Positions 12,601 through 24,600 of a stretch of 64,000 bases of DNA are shown in pieces. Position numbers and translations under genes: made by a program. Origin of the DNA: Macrostomum lignano (lineage: Eukaryota); contig NIVC01000385.1 in assembly GCA_002269645.1 (NCBI GenBank), positions 496,001 to 560,000 on the forward strand, given 5' to 3'. The first letter of the stretch is position 1. Each line of letters opens with the position of its first letter. The notes beneath the pieces are model-generated. The model had not been told where the DNA came from. It did not search any database and saw only the letters and a program-made list of their open reading frames with translations.

Positions 12601-15600
12601 GCTGAACCTACCTGTCTGAATAGTAGGCACTGAAGCTGAACCTACCTGTCTGAATAGTAGGCACTGAAGCTGAACCTACCTGTCTGAATAGTAGGCACTG
12701 AAGCTGAACCTACCTGTCTGAATAGTAGGCACTAAAGTTGAACCTACCTGTCTGAATAGTAGGCACTGAAGCTGAACCTACCTGTCTGAATAGTAGGCAC
12801 TGAAGCTGAACCTACCTGTCTGAATAGTAGGCACTGAGGCTGAACCTACCTGTCTGAATAGTAGTCACTGAGGCTGAACCTACCTGTCTGAATAGTAGTC
12901 ACTGAGGCTGAACCTACCTGTCTGAATAGTAGGCACTGAGGCTGAACCTACCTGTCTGAATAGTAGTCACTGAAGCTGAACGTACCTGTCTGAATAGTAC
13001 GAGCAAGTCACTGAAGCTGAACCTACCTGTCTGAATAGTAGGCACTAAAGCGGAAACTACCTGTCTGAATAGTAGGCACTGAAGCTGAACCTACCTGTCT
13101 GAATAGTAGTCACTGAAGCGGAAACTACCTGTCTGAATAGTAGGCACTGAAGCTGAACCTACCTGTCTGAATAGTAGGCACTAAGGCTGAACCTACCTGT
13201 CTGAAGGTAAAGCTACAACCACCGGGTCCTAGTTTTGCTTAAAAATTCCGTCAAAAACAGTTTTCGAACAACGCCTCGCCCAAATTGTCGAATGCGCAAC
13301 GCACAGGCTGACTTGTCAATCATACGCATGTCAGCACCCCCGTTTGCATCTGTCTGTCAGTGCGGGAAGCGCTATCAGCTTTATATGGGACAAAAAAATA
13401 ACATTTTCCCACAACTTGGTGTATCAATGCATTCCGTTTAACCTCGATTTTCACCTATCAGGGGCAACAGTCTTCGCTCGGCGCTGTCGCACGAGTCTCT
13501 GCTGCAGTTGGCGGCCTCGTCTGCCTCGGCTGTCACTGCGCCGTTGCAGATGAACTCCGGCACCGAAGTGCGTCCGGTGCACCAGTCCCTGATGCCCGGC
13601 CTTCCGGCAGCTTCTGCGGCATTCGCTGTTGCTGGCGGCGGAGCTCCGGCCGCCGATCGCGGCGGAGTCAATCGATATTTTGCTGCCCAGTCGGCGGAGG
13701 AAGCTAAAAAATGGCAGGACGGGTAAGATTTAGATGATTGCAGCGGCTTAGTAACAGCATGGCAACCGACTAAGAAAATTACACACACAAATAAACCATA
13801 TAACAGGAAAATAGAAACAGCAATCACTTGAAAAATCGCGCATTTACCACTTAGAGACCACGTAGCAACCGTTTAGAAACCGCATAGCAACCACATAGAA
13901 ACCGTGTAGTAACCACATAGAGACAACATAACAACCAGTTAAAGAACCCGTAACAACCACTTAGAAATGGCATAGCAACCACATAGAGACCGCATAGTAA
14001 CAACCATATAGCAACCAGCATATTAACAACAGCTTAAAAACCTAACAAAGAAACTATGAAAGATTTATCTTATTAATTATGCGATTCTTTTCCTTTTCTA
14101 AAACTGCTTAATTAAACAAAAGAAATTAGTAATTCATTGAATCGTTGTAAATGGAAAAGTAAATGTTTATAATCAGCCTTTTTCCCAAACAGTCTGGTGT
14201 ACTTTTACAGTCTACTATATTAAACACGTCTTCCATGGCAAACACGGCAGTGACTTTTCTGTTTTACCGTAATGAATTTCTAGCTTTTCCTGTTTTCCTC
14301 CGCTTGAAGTCTTCTGCCCCCCCCCTTCTTTCACAGATTCTCGATTTCTCTTTTCCTGCGCAAAAGCAGAAAAATCTCGACTGTCTGGACTTCTTTTTGT
14401 TGCTTTTTCCAGTAGCTTAGTCTCCTTGTCTGTCTCCGCTCTCTCGGCAAAAGCCCGTGGGACGCGTTGTGGCTTGGCATTTTACAAAACGGGTGTCACA
14501 TTGGAATACGCACCGGTTCTAACGAAAGTTAATTATGCCCAGTTTGTGAGAGAGTGGCCTTAGCTGACCTTGTTGTTGTTTTTGTTGATTGTGTGTGTGT
14601 GCGTTTCTCGGGTGCTGTTAGAACTTGAAATTTGACTTCTTTCACTCACTGTCTGAGTGGTATTTTTGAATGCACTCTAAGTTAGTATTGCTTAGTACAG
14701 CTCGTGTATGTACAGTAGTATATTAGTTTAACAAATTCAATCTGTGACACTTGAAAGTCACTACGTAGTGAGTTGAAAGATTTTACAGACATACTGTACT
14801 TTACACACTAAGCTCACGTGTCTCGAAGTAGTGGCTGTCTACGGTGAATTCAAGACTATAATCAATATTATTGTGTGTTCCTAACTTACTACTTTATTTA
14901 GAATAGTAGTAGTCTGTAACTAAGAGTTCAGTTCTTTTTTCGTAGTATGATGACTTTCTAGGCGTTTCTTTGGATTTGCCTTTTTTGAAGGCCTACTGTA
15001 TAGCCTAAGCTTTACCCAGTCACTAATTAGATTTATTCTTCCTTAACAAGGAAATGACTGACTGAAAAGTGTCGCTGCTTATATGCCCTCTTTCTGTCTT
15101 GCTGAACATTCTAGGCGCATTTACTAACTATATAGCTTTGGGATAGAGAAGTAGGACAGGTGGCATTTCAAGTGACCAAATGTGACCGCGTGTTAACTGC
15201 TTATGCTTAGTGAGGCGATTTGTCGTAGTATGTAGTAAGATTATAGGGAATATAACACACTGTAGTGGTTGTGGATATAACAATAGTATAGACAGAAGAT
15301 AGAACACATTAGTAGGTGGGGGGGGGGTAAAACAAATATTTTTAGGGGGTAGAACAGACATTAGTTGGGGGTAGAAAAGGCATTAGTTGGGGGTAGAACA
15401 GACATTAGTAAGGGGTAGAACAGACATTAGTTGGGGGTAGAACAGACATTAGCAGGGGGTAGAACAGACATTAGTTGGGGGTAGAACAGACATTAGTAAG
15501 GGGTAGAACAGACATTAGCAGGGGGTAGAACAGACATTAGTTGGGGGTAGAACAGACATTAGCAGGGGGTAGAACAGACATTAGAAGGGGGTAGAACAGA

Positions 15601-18600
15601 CATTAGCAGGGGGTAGAACAGACATTAGCAGGGGGTAGAACAGACATTAGAAGAGGGTAGAACAGACATTAGCAGGGGGTAGAACAGACATTAGCAGGGG
15701 GTAGAACAGACATTGGCAGGGGGTAGAACAGACATTAGCAGGGGGTAGAACAGACATTAGCAGGAGGTAGAACAGACATTAGCAGGGGGTAGAACAGACA
15801 TTGGCAGGGGGTAGAACAGACATTAGCAGGGGGTAGAACAGACATTAGAAGGGGTTGAACAGACATTAGTTGGGGGTAGAACAGACATTAGCAGGGGGTA
15901 GAACAGACATTAGCAGGGGGTAGAATAGACATTAGCTGGGGGTAGAACAGACATTAGCAGGGGGTAGAACAGACATTAGTTGGGGGTAGAACAGACATTA
16001 GCAGGGGGTAGAACAGACATTAGAAGGGGGTAGAACAGACATTAGCAGGGGGTAGAACAGACATTAGCAGGGGGTAGAACAGACATTGGCAGGGGGTAGA
16101 ACAGACATTAGAAGGGGGTTGAACAGACATTAGTTGGGGGTAGAACAGACATTAGCAGGGGGTAGAACAGACATTAGCAGGGGGTAGAATAGACATTAGC
16201 TGGGGGTAGAACAGACATTAGCAGGGGGTAGAACAGACATTGGCAGGGGGTAGAACAGACATTAGCAGGGGTATAGCAGACATTACTAGACATTGCTCGT
16301 AGGTGGGGAGTAGAACGCTATTTTTAATGCCCCAGGAAGCGTTCGTCATCTGCTATCTTAACAACGTAATAATTCTTATTTCTGTTTATCGTGTTCTGTT
16401 CTCTAACTGTAGGTCTAGAACTTGGTTTTCACATAGCTGACCTTTTTAAGTGAAAAAATAACAGTTGGGTCATGGCTTTTCTAAATTTATTCGGGAGGAA
16501 TATGGCAGCACAAATGCAGTAGGCCTTTTTAACTGTTTGTTTATCTTGACGCGATAAGCCCCAACCACTGTGCAATGCCTCTTTATCTCTAGCTTAGCTC
16601 TAGGAAATTTATAAATATGAAAACAGAGAGTGGACCGTGCTGTGCTCGACCAGGTGTGCAGCTGCAGTGTTTTTGCTTGATATGGATTGCATTATATCAT
16701 GACTACATCAGCTATTTTGTCGTCTGTTCGATCAAAGAATTAAGCCAGTAAAGAGGGGATGAGGGAGCTGGTGACAGATGATGAGGGAGAGTGGTAGATA
16801 GGGGATGAGGGAGAGTGGTACATAGGGGACGAGGGAGAGTGGTAGATAGGGGATGAGGGACAGTGGTAGGGGATGAGGGAGAGTGGTAGATAGGAGATGA
16901 GGGAGAGTGGTAGGGGATGAGGTACAGTGATAGGGGATGAGGGAGAGTGGCAGATAGGAGATGAGGGAGAGTGGCAGATAAGGGATGAGGGAGAGTGGTA
17001 GATAGGGGATGAGGGAGAGTGGCAGATAAGGGATGAGGGAGAGTGGTAGATAGGGGATGAGGGAGAGTGGTAGATAGGGGATGAGGGAGAGTGGCAGATA
17101 AGGGATGAGGGAGAGTGGTAGATAGGGGATGAGGGAGAGTGGCAGATAAGGGATGAGGGAGAGTGGTAGATAGGGGATGAGGGAGAGTAGCAGATAGGGG
17201 ATGAGGGAGAGTGGCAGATAAGGGATGAGGGAGAGTGGTAGATAGGGGATGAGGGAGAGTGGCAGATAAGGGATGAGGGAGAGTGGTAGATAGGGGCATA
17301 AGAGGTTAGTGAGAAGGCCCTTCAGCAATCAGTGCAGTGCAGGCGGACTACTACTAAGTCGCTACATTAGACACGCAGTTGTATCGAAGCTCTGCTTGGC
17401 TGGTCTGTGAAACGCAGCGGCCCCATCCCATATCTCTGATCCTCTCTGTGCGTTTCTCTCTGTCTCTCTCTCAGTAGCCTTCGCTTCCCAATCGCAGCGC
17501 CCCCAAAATGCTGTTCCTTTTTCGCTTATCAACTGTACAACCCGCTGGTCTATCCCCACCCCCGCCCTGTTCCTCTTATTTGGGACCAAATTGCATTTGG
17601 GAGAGAAGGAAAAAAGTGGCGCTCTCTATAAGCTAGCAAAGCTAAACTGCAATGGCTTCCTCGTTCCCCTCGCTAGTGCAATCACAATACAGATAGATAG
17701 ATTATATTTATCTATATAAGATTGCTTTACATCTCTAAGCAATTATATCATAAATATTATAAAGCAGATATTTTTAATGCATTCCAATGATACCAAAGTC
17801 TGTGAGTTTTGCCTCGAGAGAACTACTAAGCAGCATCTGGACTGGGCCGTTGATGTAATAATTAATCAATCAATATTAATAATAAATCTTTTAATACGAT
17901 CTTTTATTTACAATCCATTCCCGCCCCCTGCCGCCGTTCCGCAGTCTTAAGAAAGTCAACCGGCCGGATCTGGAGAACACCAGGCACAAGGAGAATTCTT
18001 TGAAACTTTGGATCTTCGAAGCCAAACGTTTGCCAGCGAAAAAGAGGTAATAACACATGAGTAGTTGTAACGCCTGTAGGAAATAACTGTGTAGAAAATG
18101 ACTGAAAATGAGAGCTTCTTTTAGTGGACAGAGATCTGTTCTGCGGGAAATTCAGATTAAGGCAAGTCTAATTTCCTGAGGAAGAAAAACATTTTTAGTA
18201 ATCTGATTTCCTTTCTCTGGTGATATCTGATATTTTTATTCATGGGATAATTTTCCCCAATAAACTACATTGCATCTATTCTATTTTTTGTTCAGATGGG
18301 ATGATTCTCCCAAATAGGGATTCTAGTACGGATTCTAGTTCTCTGTTCATTTGGGATAATTCTCCCAAATAGGGATTCTAGTACGGATTCTAGCTCTCTG
18401 TTCAGTTGGGATAATTCTCCCAAATAGGGATTCTAGTACGGATTCTAGCTCTCTGTTCAGTTGGGATAATTCTCATAAATAGGGATTCTAGTACGGATTC
18501 TAGCTCTCTGTTCAGTTGGGATAATTCTCATAAATAGGGATTCTAGTACGGATTCTAGCTCTCTGTTCAGTTGGGATAATTCTCCCAAATAGGGATTCTA

Positions 18601-21600
18601 GTACGGATTCTAGCTCTCTGTTCAGTTGGGATAATTCTCCCAAATAGGGATTCTAGTACGGATTCTAGCTCTCTGTTCAGTTGGGATAATTCTCATAAAT
18701 AGGGATTCTAGTTCTCTGTTCAGTTGGGATAATTCTCCCAAATAGGGATTCTAGTACGGATTCTAGCTCTCTGTTCAGTTGGGATAATTCTCCCAAATAG
18801 GGATTCTAGTACGGATTCTAGCTCTCTGTTCAGTTGGGATAATTCTCATAAATAGGGATTCTAGTACGGATTCTAGCTCTCTGTTCAGTTGGGATAATTC
18901 TCCCAAATAGGGATTCTAGTACGGATTCTAGCTCTCTGTTCAGTTGGGATAATTCTCCAAATAGGGATTCTAGTACGGATTCTAGTTCTCTGTTCAGTTG
19001 GGATAATTCTCATAAATAGGGATTCTAGTTCTCTGTTCAGTTGGGATAATTCCCCCAAATACTCGTAGAGATTCTAGCTATCTGTTCAGTTGGGATAATT
19101 CTCCCAAATAGGGATTCTAGTACGGATTTTAGTTCTCTGTTCAGTTGGGATAATTCTCCCAAATAGAGACTATATTTTGCAGCGATTTTAGTTCCTTATA
19201 AATGAGATAATTTTCCCATAAGCTGTTTTACTTATAAAAAAATCAACCCACACCGCCCGCAGATATTTCTGCGAAATCTGTCTCAACCACATCCTGTACG
19301 CGAGAACAACCAGCAAAGAGAAAACTGCAGACTCGGATCCATTCTGGGGTGAACCGTTCGAATTCAGGTGAGTGTACAAATTTAAAGTTAGTTATAATTA
19401 TAGTATTAAGAGCCATGCTTGTAGCAGCGGCACTGGGACTTAAGCGCCTTTTTTACTTTCCTCTTTTTCCGTCCCGCTCTCCGAATCAGTCGTTGAAAAT
19501 GCCACATATTTGGCCAGACAGCCGGACAGACAGCCAAGCTAGCTTATGGTAAGGGGTGGGATTTTTTTCCCATCGCCTAGTAATTCTGGGGATGCGAGCT
19601 TTCCTAGCGACAGATTTTTAAAGCTGGGATTCGGGCATAATCCTATCCCATATCGCATGTTGCACTTCTTCTTTTTTTGGCGACAGCAGTTGCTTGTGCA
19701 TCTCAAAGCTGTCTGCCCGCCTGTCTGCTTGTCCCGCTTCTAGGTGTTAAGCCTAAATCTGCATCTGCATATTAGATGCTGTCCAACCTTTATCGGGAAT
19801 ACTAAATTTATTATAGTATTAATGCGTTTACACTTAGTGCAGTTGAACTGTTGAATATTTATTTAGAAAGCCGATTTGATTTATTTTTTAAACAGAGTTC
19901 GAAGACTTTCCTTGATCCCCTGAAGAACCGGTGTTTAATAACCTTAATCGTCTGGAGTATCCCCCCCCCCCTAATCGTCTGGAGTGTCCCCTCTTAACCC
20001 CTTTGAGAATCGTCCCTTACTCCCCTTGAGAATCGTCCCTTAATCCCCTTGAGAATCGTCCCTTAATCCCCTTGAGAATCGTCCCTTAATCCCCTTGAGA
20101 ATCGTCTCTTAATCCCCTTGAGAATCGTCCCTTACTCCCCTTGAGAATCGTCTCTTAATCCCCTTGAGAATCGTCCCTTACTCCCCTTGAGAATCGTCTC
20201 TTAATCCCCTTGAGAATCGTCCCTTACTCCCCTTGAGAATCGTCTCTTAATCCCCTTGAGAATCGTCCCTTACTCCCCTTGAGAATCGTCTCTTAATCAC
20301 ATTGAGAATCGTCCCTTAATCCCCCTGAGACTCACCTCTTAATCCCTGGAGAATCGCCCCTAATCTTTTGGAGAATCGATGTTTAATCCCCTGGAGAATC
20401 GCGCCCCTTTAATCCCCTTGAGAATCGCCCCTAATTCCCTAGAGAATCGCCCCTAATTCCCTAGAGAATCGCCCCTTAGTCCTTTAAAGAATCGCCCCTT
20501 AATACCATAGATAATCGCCCCTAATCCCTAAGAGAAGCGCTCTCTTTAGAGACTGTGCAAAAATGAAAATCCTTCTTCAATATGAGCCCTACAAATGCTT
20601 AATCTCCCCTCCCAAAACCCCTGCAGCAATCTACAAGAGATCAGCTTAGTAACAGTGAAACTGTTTCGCGAAGCCAATCGCAAAAAGAAGAAAGATCAAA
20701 ATCAATTAATTGGCGAAGTTCACCTGCCGGTGCACGAGATTCTCAGCCAGACTGAACAATGGTACAGCCTTCAGGCTGGCAAGACTGCTGCCAACGCATC
20801 GCCTTCATTGCGAATCAAATCTCGCTATTTAAGCGTTGACGTCTTGCCAGTATCTTGGTATGACGGCCTCCGTGACTTCCTACTGGCAGATTATTGCCAG
20901 CTAGTGAGAGTATTGGAGCCCAGCCTGCCTGTCAGGCTGAAAGAGGATCTGGCCTGCAAATTAGTAGCCCTGGCTCATTCTAGCGGCAAATCTGAGTCCC
21001 TGGTAGCGGATTTGCTATTGCAAGAATTAGAACACTGCGGCGCTAGCGAAGCGGCCGCTGTTGTAGCATTCCGCGGCAATTCCATAGCAACTAAAAGTGT
21101 AGAATATTATCTAAGATTAGTTGGCTCGGATTATCTGCGTTCGGTGCTGGCCGAGCCTGTCACGATTCTGTTGCGTAGCGACGAGTGCTGCGAAGTAGAT
21201 CCGATGAGAGTCTCTGGCCAGGCCGAGCTCGAGTCCAATCAGCAATCCTTGAGATTATTCGCCGAGCTATTCTGGACTCGAGTGTTCACCTCGGCTGATC
21301 GACTGCCTGTCGAGTTCGGGCGCCTGTTCGCTGGCATTCGTCAGCGCAGCGATCGGCAGCTGTGCGACCAGCTGGTTGGGGCCAGCATCTTCCTGCGCTT
21401 CATCTGTCCGGCTATACTCGGCCCGTCTCTGTTCGGCCTGTGCCAAGAGCTGCCCGGACCGAGGACGGCGAGGTCCTTGACGTTGATTGCTAAAACTGTA
21501 CAGAATCTTGCCAATGGTGAGCAAAGGGCTTGCGTTTTTTTATTTGAATTTTAAATCAAGTCAGGGGTGTCAATAATTGTAAAAGAAATTCTACGGACCC

Positions 21601-24600
21601 ACAATAATGGACGGCAGACCCTAACCTAAGACATGACCCCAATCTAAACTCTTAACCTAACCTAAACCCTAAACTAAACACTAAATCTAACCTAAAGCCT
21701 AAACTCAACCCTAAACCTAATCTAGAACCTAAAGTAAATCCTTAACCCAATCTAAACCCTAAACCTAATCTAAAACCTAAAATAATTTCTTAACCTAATC
21801 TAAACTCTGACTAAACCATAAACCTAACCTAAACCCCTTAGTCTATTTAAACCCTAACTAAACCCTAAACCTTAACACCTAATCTGAATCTTAAACCCTA
21901 ACCCTAAACTAAACCTTAACCCTAAACCAAAATCGTTAGTAGACGACTTACAGTAAGTCAATTGTCATGCTTTGCTGCCATAAATTTTCTTGTTGAGGAT
22001 TTCTCTCTAGCCCCTGAGCACTCACAACTGTTTTTTGAATATTTCCTTGCCTTTCTACTCATAGTAGCTAGAGAATTTTGATCACTAATTATATTCTGAT
22101 TCAAAAGAAAGTCAATAGCCAAGTGGATTAACGTATTCAACTGTCAACTCTTTTAAGTTAAGCAAATTTGTTTTTGGTTAGTATGCAGCTGAATAGGCTA
22201 GCATTAGCCCTCAAGGCAGTCAGCAAATAATTAAACTGATCTAGAATGCTTAGTTTGCATAAAGGCGTCCATAGAATCTTGTCTATGTAAGTAGCTTTAG
22301 TGTACTACCGCTATGTATCAAAAGTAGCTTTAAACAGAACTCTAGATCATAATTAGCCGATATGTATCGAAAGTAGCCTTAAGCTAAATAGCTAAAACAC
22401 ATACTGAACTTTCCAGGCACCTGGTTCGGCGGCAAAGAGGCCTACATGAATTTTATGAACAAATTCTTAGAGCAGCACCAGCAGAACATGGCGCACTTTG
22501 TTGCCAGCCTGCAAACAATCCGTCGGCGACAGCCTGCCGCAGGCGGAGCTTCGGCCGACTCTGTTGACGCCGGTTTCGAATTGGCGCAGGCTCACACTCT
22601 GCTAACTTCGGCTGTGCAATTGTTGCGCAATAATGGGCATCCGGCTTTCTCTGCTGCTGCTTCTGGCGAAGTAGGCGCCGATGGTCAGAAGCGCTGTCTG
22701 GACCGTCTGTCCGACCATCTTGACACCGTGTCCCAGTGCCTCAAGCTCAACGTTCCCCCGCAGCCTCTGACGCCATCGCCGCCGCCGTTGCAGCCTCGAT
22801 CGGCGTCCTTGGCTCTGACTGCCGCGGCTGCAGCGAATGGCGACTCAGACAGCGACACGCGGCCAGTGAGGAATACGAGACCGGCGCCGCAGGTTGCCGC
22901 AGATCGACAGGTTAGTGAAGTTTTTGGCTCTATTGGAATCGAACTTGAAAGCTGATTTAAAGAGGGCCATCGAGCTGGGGCTTCCTATTTTGTGACCCGT
23001 TATGGAGATCAATAATTTTGCTTCAGGACGCCAAAATGAGTGCCTGCCTGCGGCGCCAAAATGAGTGCCTGTCTGCGGCGCCAAAATGAGTGCCTGTCTG
23101 CGGCGCCAAAATGAGTGCCTGCCTGCGGCGCCAAAATGAGTGCCTGTCTGCGGCGCCAAAATGAGTTCCTGTCTGCGGCGCCAAAATGAGTGCCTGTCTT
23201 TAGCGCCAAAATGAGTGCCTGCCTGCGGCGCCAAAATGAGTGCCTGTCTGCGGCGCCAAAATGAGTTCCTGTCTGCGGCGCCAAAATGAGTGCCTGTCTT
23301 TAGCGCCAAAATGAGTGCCTGCCTGCGGCGCCAAAATGAGTTCCTGTCTGCGGCGCCAAAATGAGTTCCTGTCTGCGGCGCCAAAATGAGTGCCTGTCTT
23401 TAGCGCCAAAATGAGTGCCTGCCTGCGGCGCCAAAATGAGTGCCTGTCTGCGGCGCCAAAATGAGTTCCTGTCTGCGGCGCCAAAATGAGTGCCTGTCTG
23501 CGGCGCCAAAATGAGTGCCTGTCTGCGGCGCCAAAATGAGTGCCTGTCTCTAGCGCCAAAATGAGTGCCTGTCTGCGGCGCCAAAATGAGTGCCTGTCTG
23601 CGGCGCCAAAATGAGTGCCTGCCTACGGTGCCAAAATGAGTGCCTGTCTCTAGCGCCAAAATGAGTTCCTGTCTGCGGCGCCAAAATGAGTGCCTGTCTG
23701 CGGCGCCAAAATGAGTGCCTGTCTTTAGCGCCAAAATGAGTGCCTGTCTCTAGCGCCAAAATGAGTGCCTGTCTTTAGCGCCAAAATGGGTGCCTGTCTG
23801 TGGCGCCAAAATGAGTGCCTGAATCTAGCGCCAAAATGAGTTCCTGTCTGTGGCGCCAAAATGAGTTCCTGTCTGTGGCGCCAAAATGAGTGCCTGTCTC
23901 TAGCGCCAAAATGAGTGCCTGTCTCTGTTGGTTGGCCTCCTGTGAAAATTTATTTGTGTTGTTTAGATTGTTATACGTAGCTCTAATTAGATGACGAGGC
24001 ATTTTCAGAAGGCTAAATTTACTCACGCCGTTTACCCGTAACACATACATGATTCTTTCTATCCTCTTCTATAAGCAGAAATCGATTTTGTTTCTATTTT
24101 CATTATTTAGGAAACTGCAGCCTCTACTGACCGAGATTCTCGGCCACTGTCTGGCGCTTCAGCCGTCGTCGGCCACAGCCAGATCCAAGAGGATTGGCGG
24201 CGGGTGCTTGACGAAGCCGCCGCTTCGGCCGCCGCCACGGTTGCCAGCGCATCGGCCGCTGTTGCCGCCGTCTCCGGGGTCAGCAGCAGCGCCGGAAGCA
24301 GCAGCGGTTATCAGAGCGGCAGACTGAGAAAGCCCCAGCAACAGCAGCAGCAGCAGCAACAGAAGCAACAACAGAAGCAGACACAGCCAGACCCATTGAA
24401 CTGGTCAAATGATTCTCGACATTCTCCGCTGCAGTTTCACAATCCGTCTTATCAGAAGCCGGCTAGCGCTTTGGTGTTGCCAGCCCCAGCTCAGCAGCAA
24501 CAGCAACAAGCGTCTGTCGATTCTGCTGCTTTTAGAAGAGACGCCAACAACGACGAGGATGAAGAAAGCAGCGATAGCGACCCCAGCAGCAGCGAAGTGG

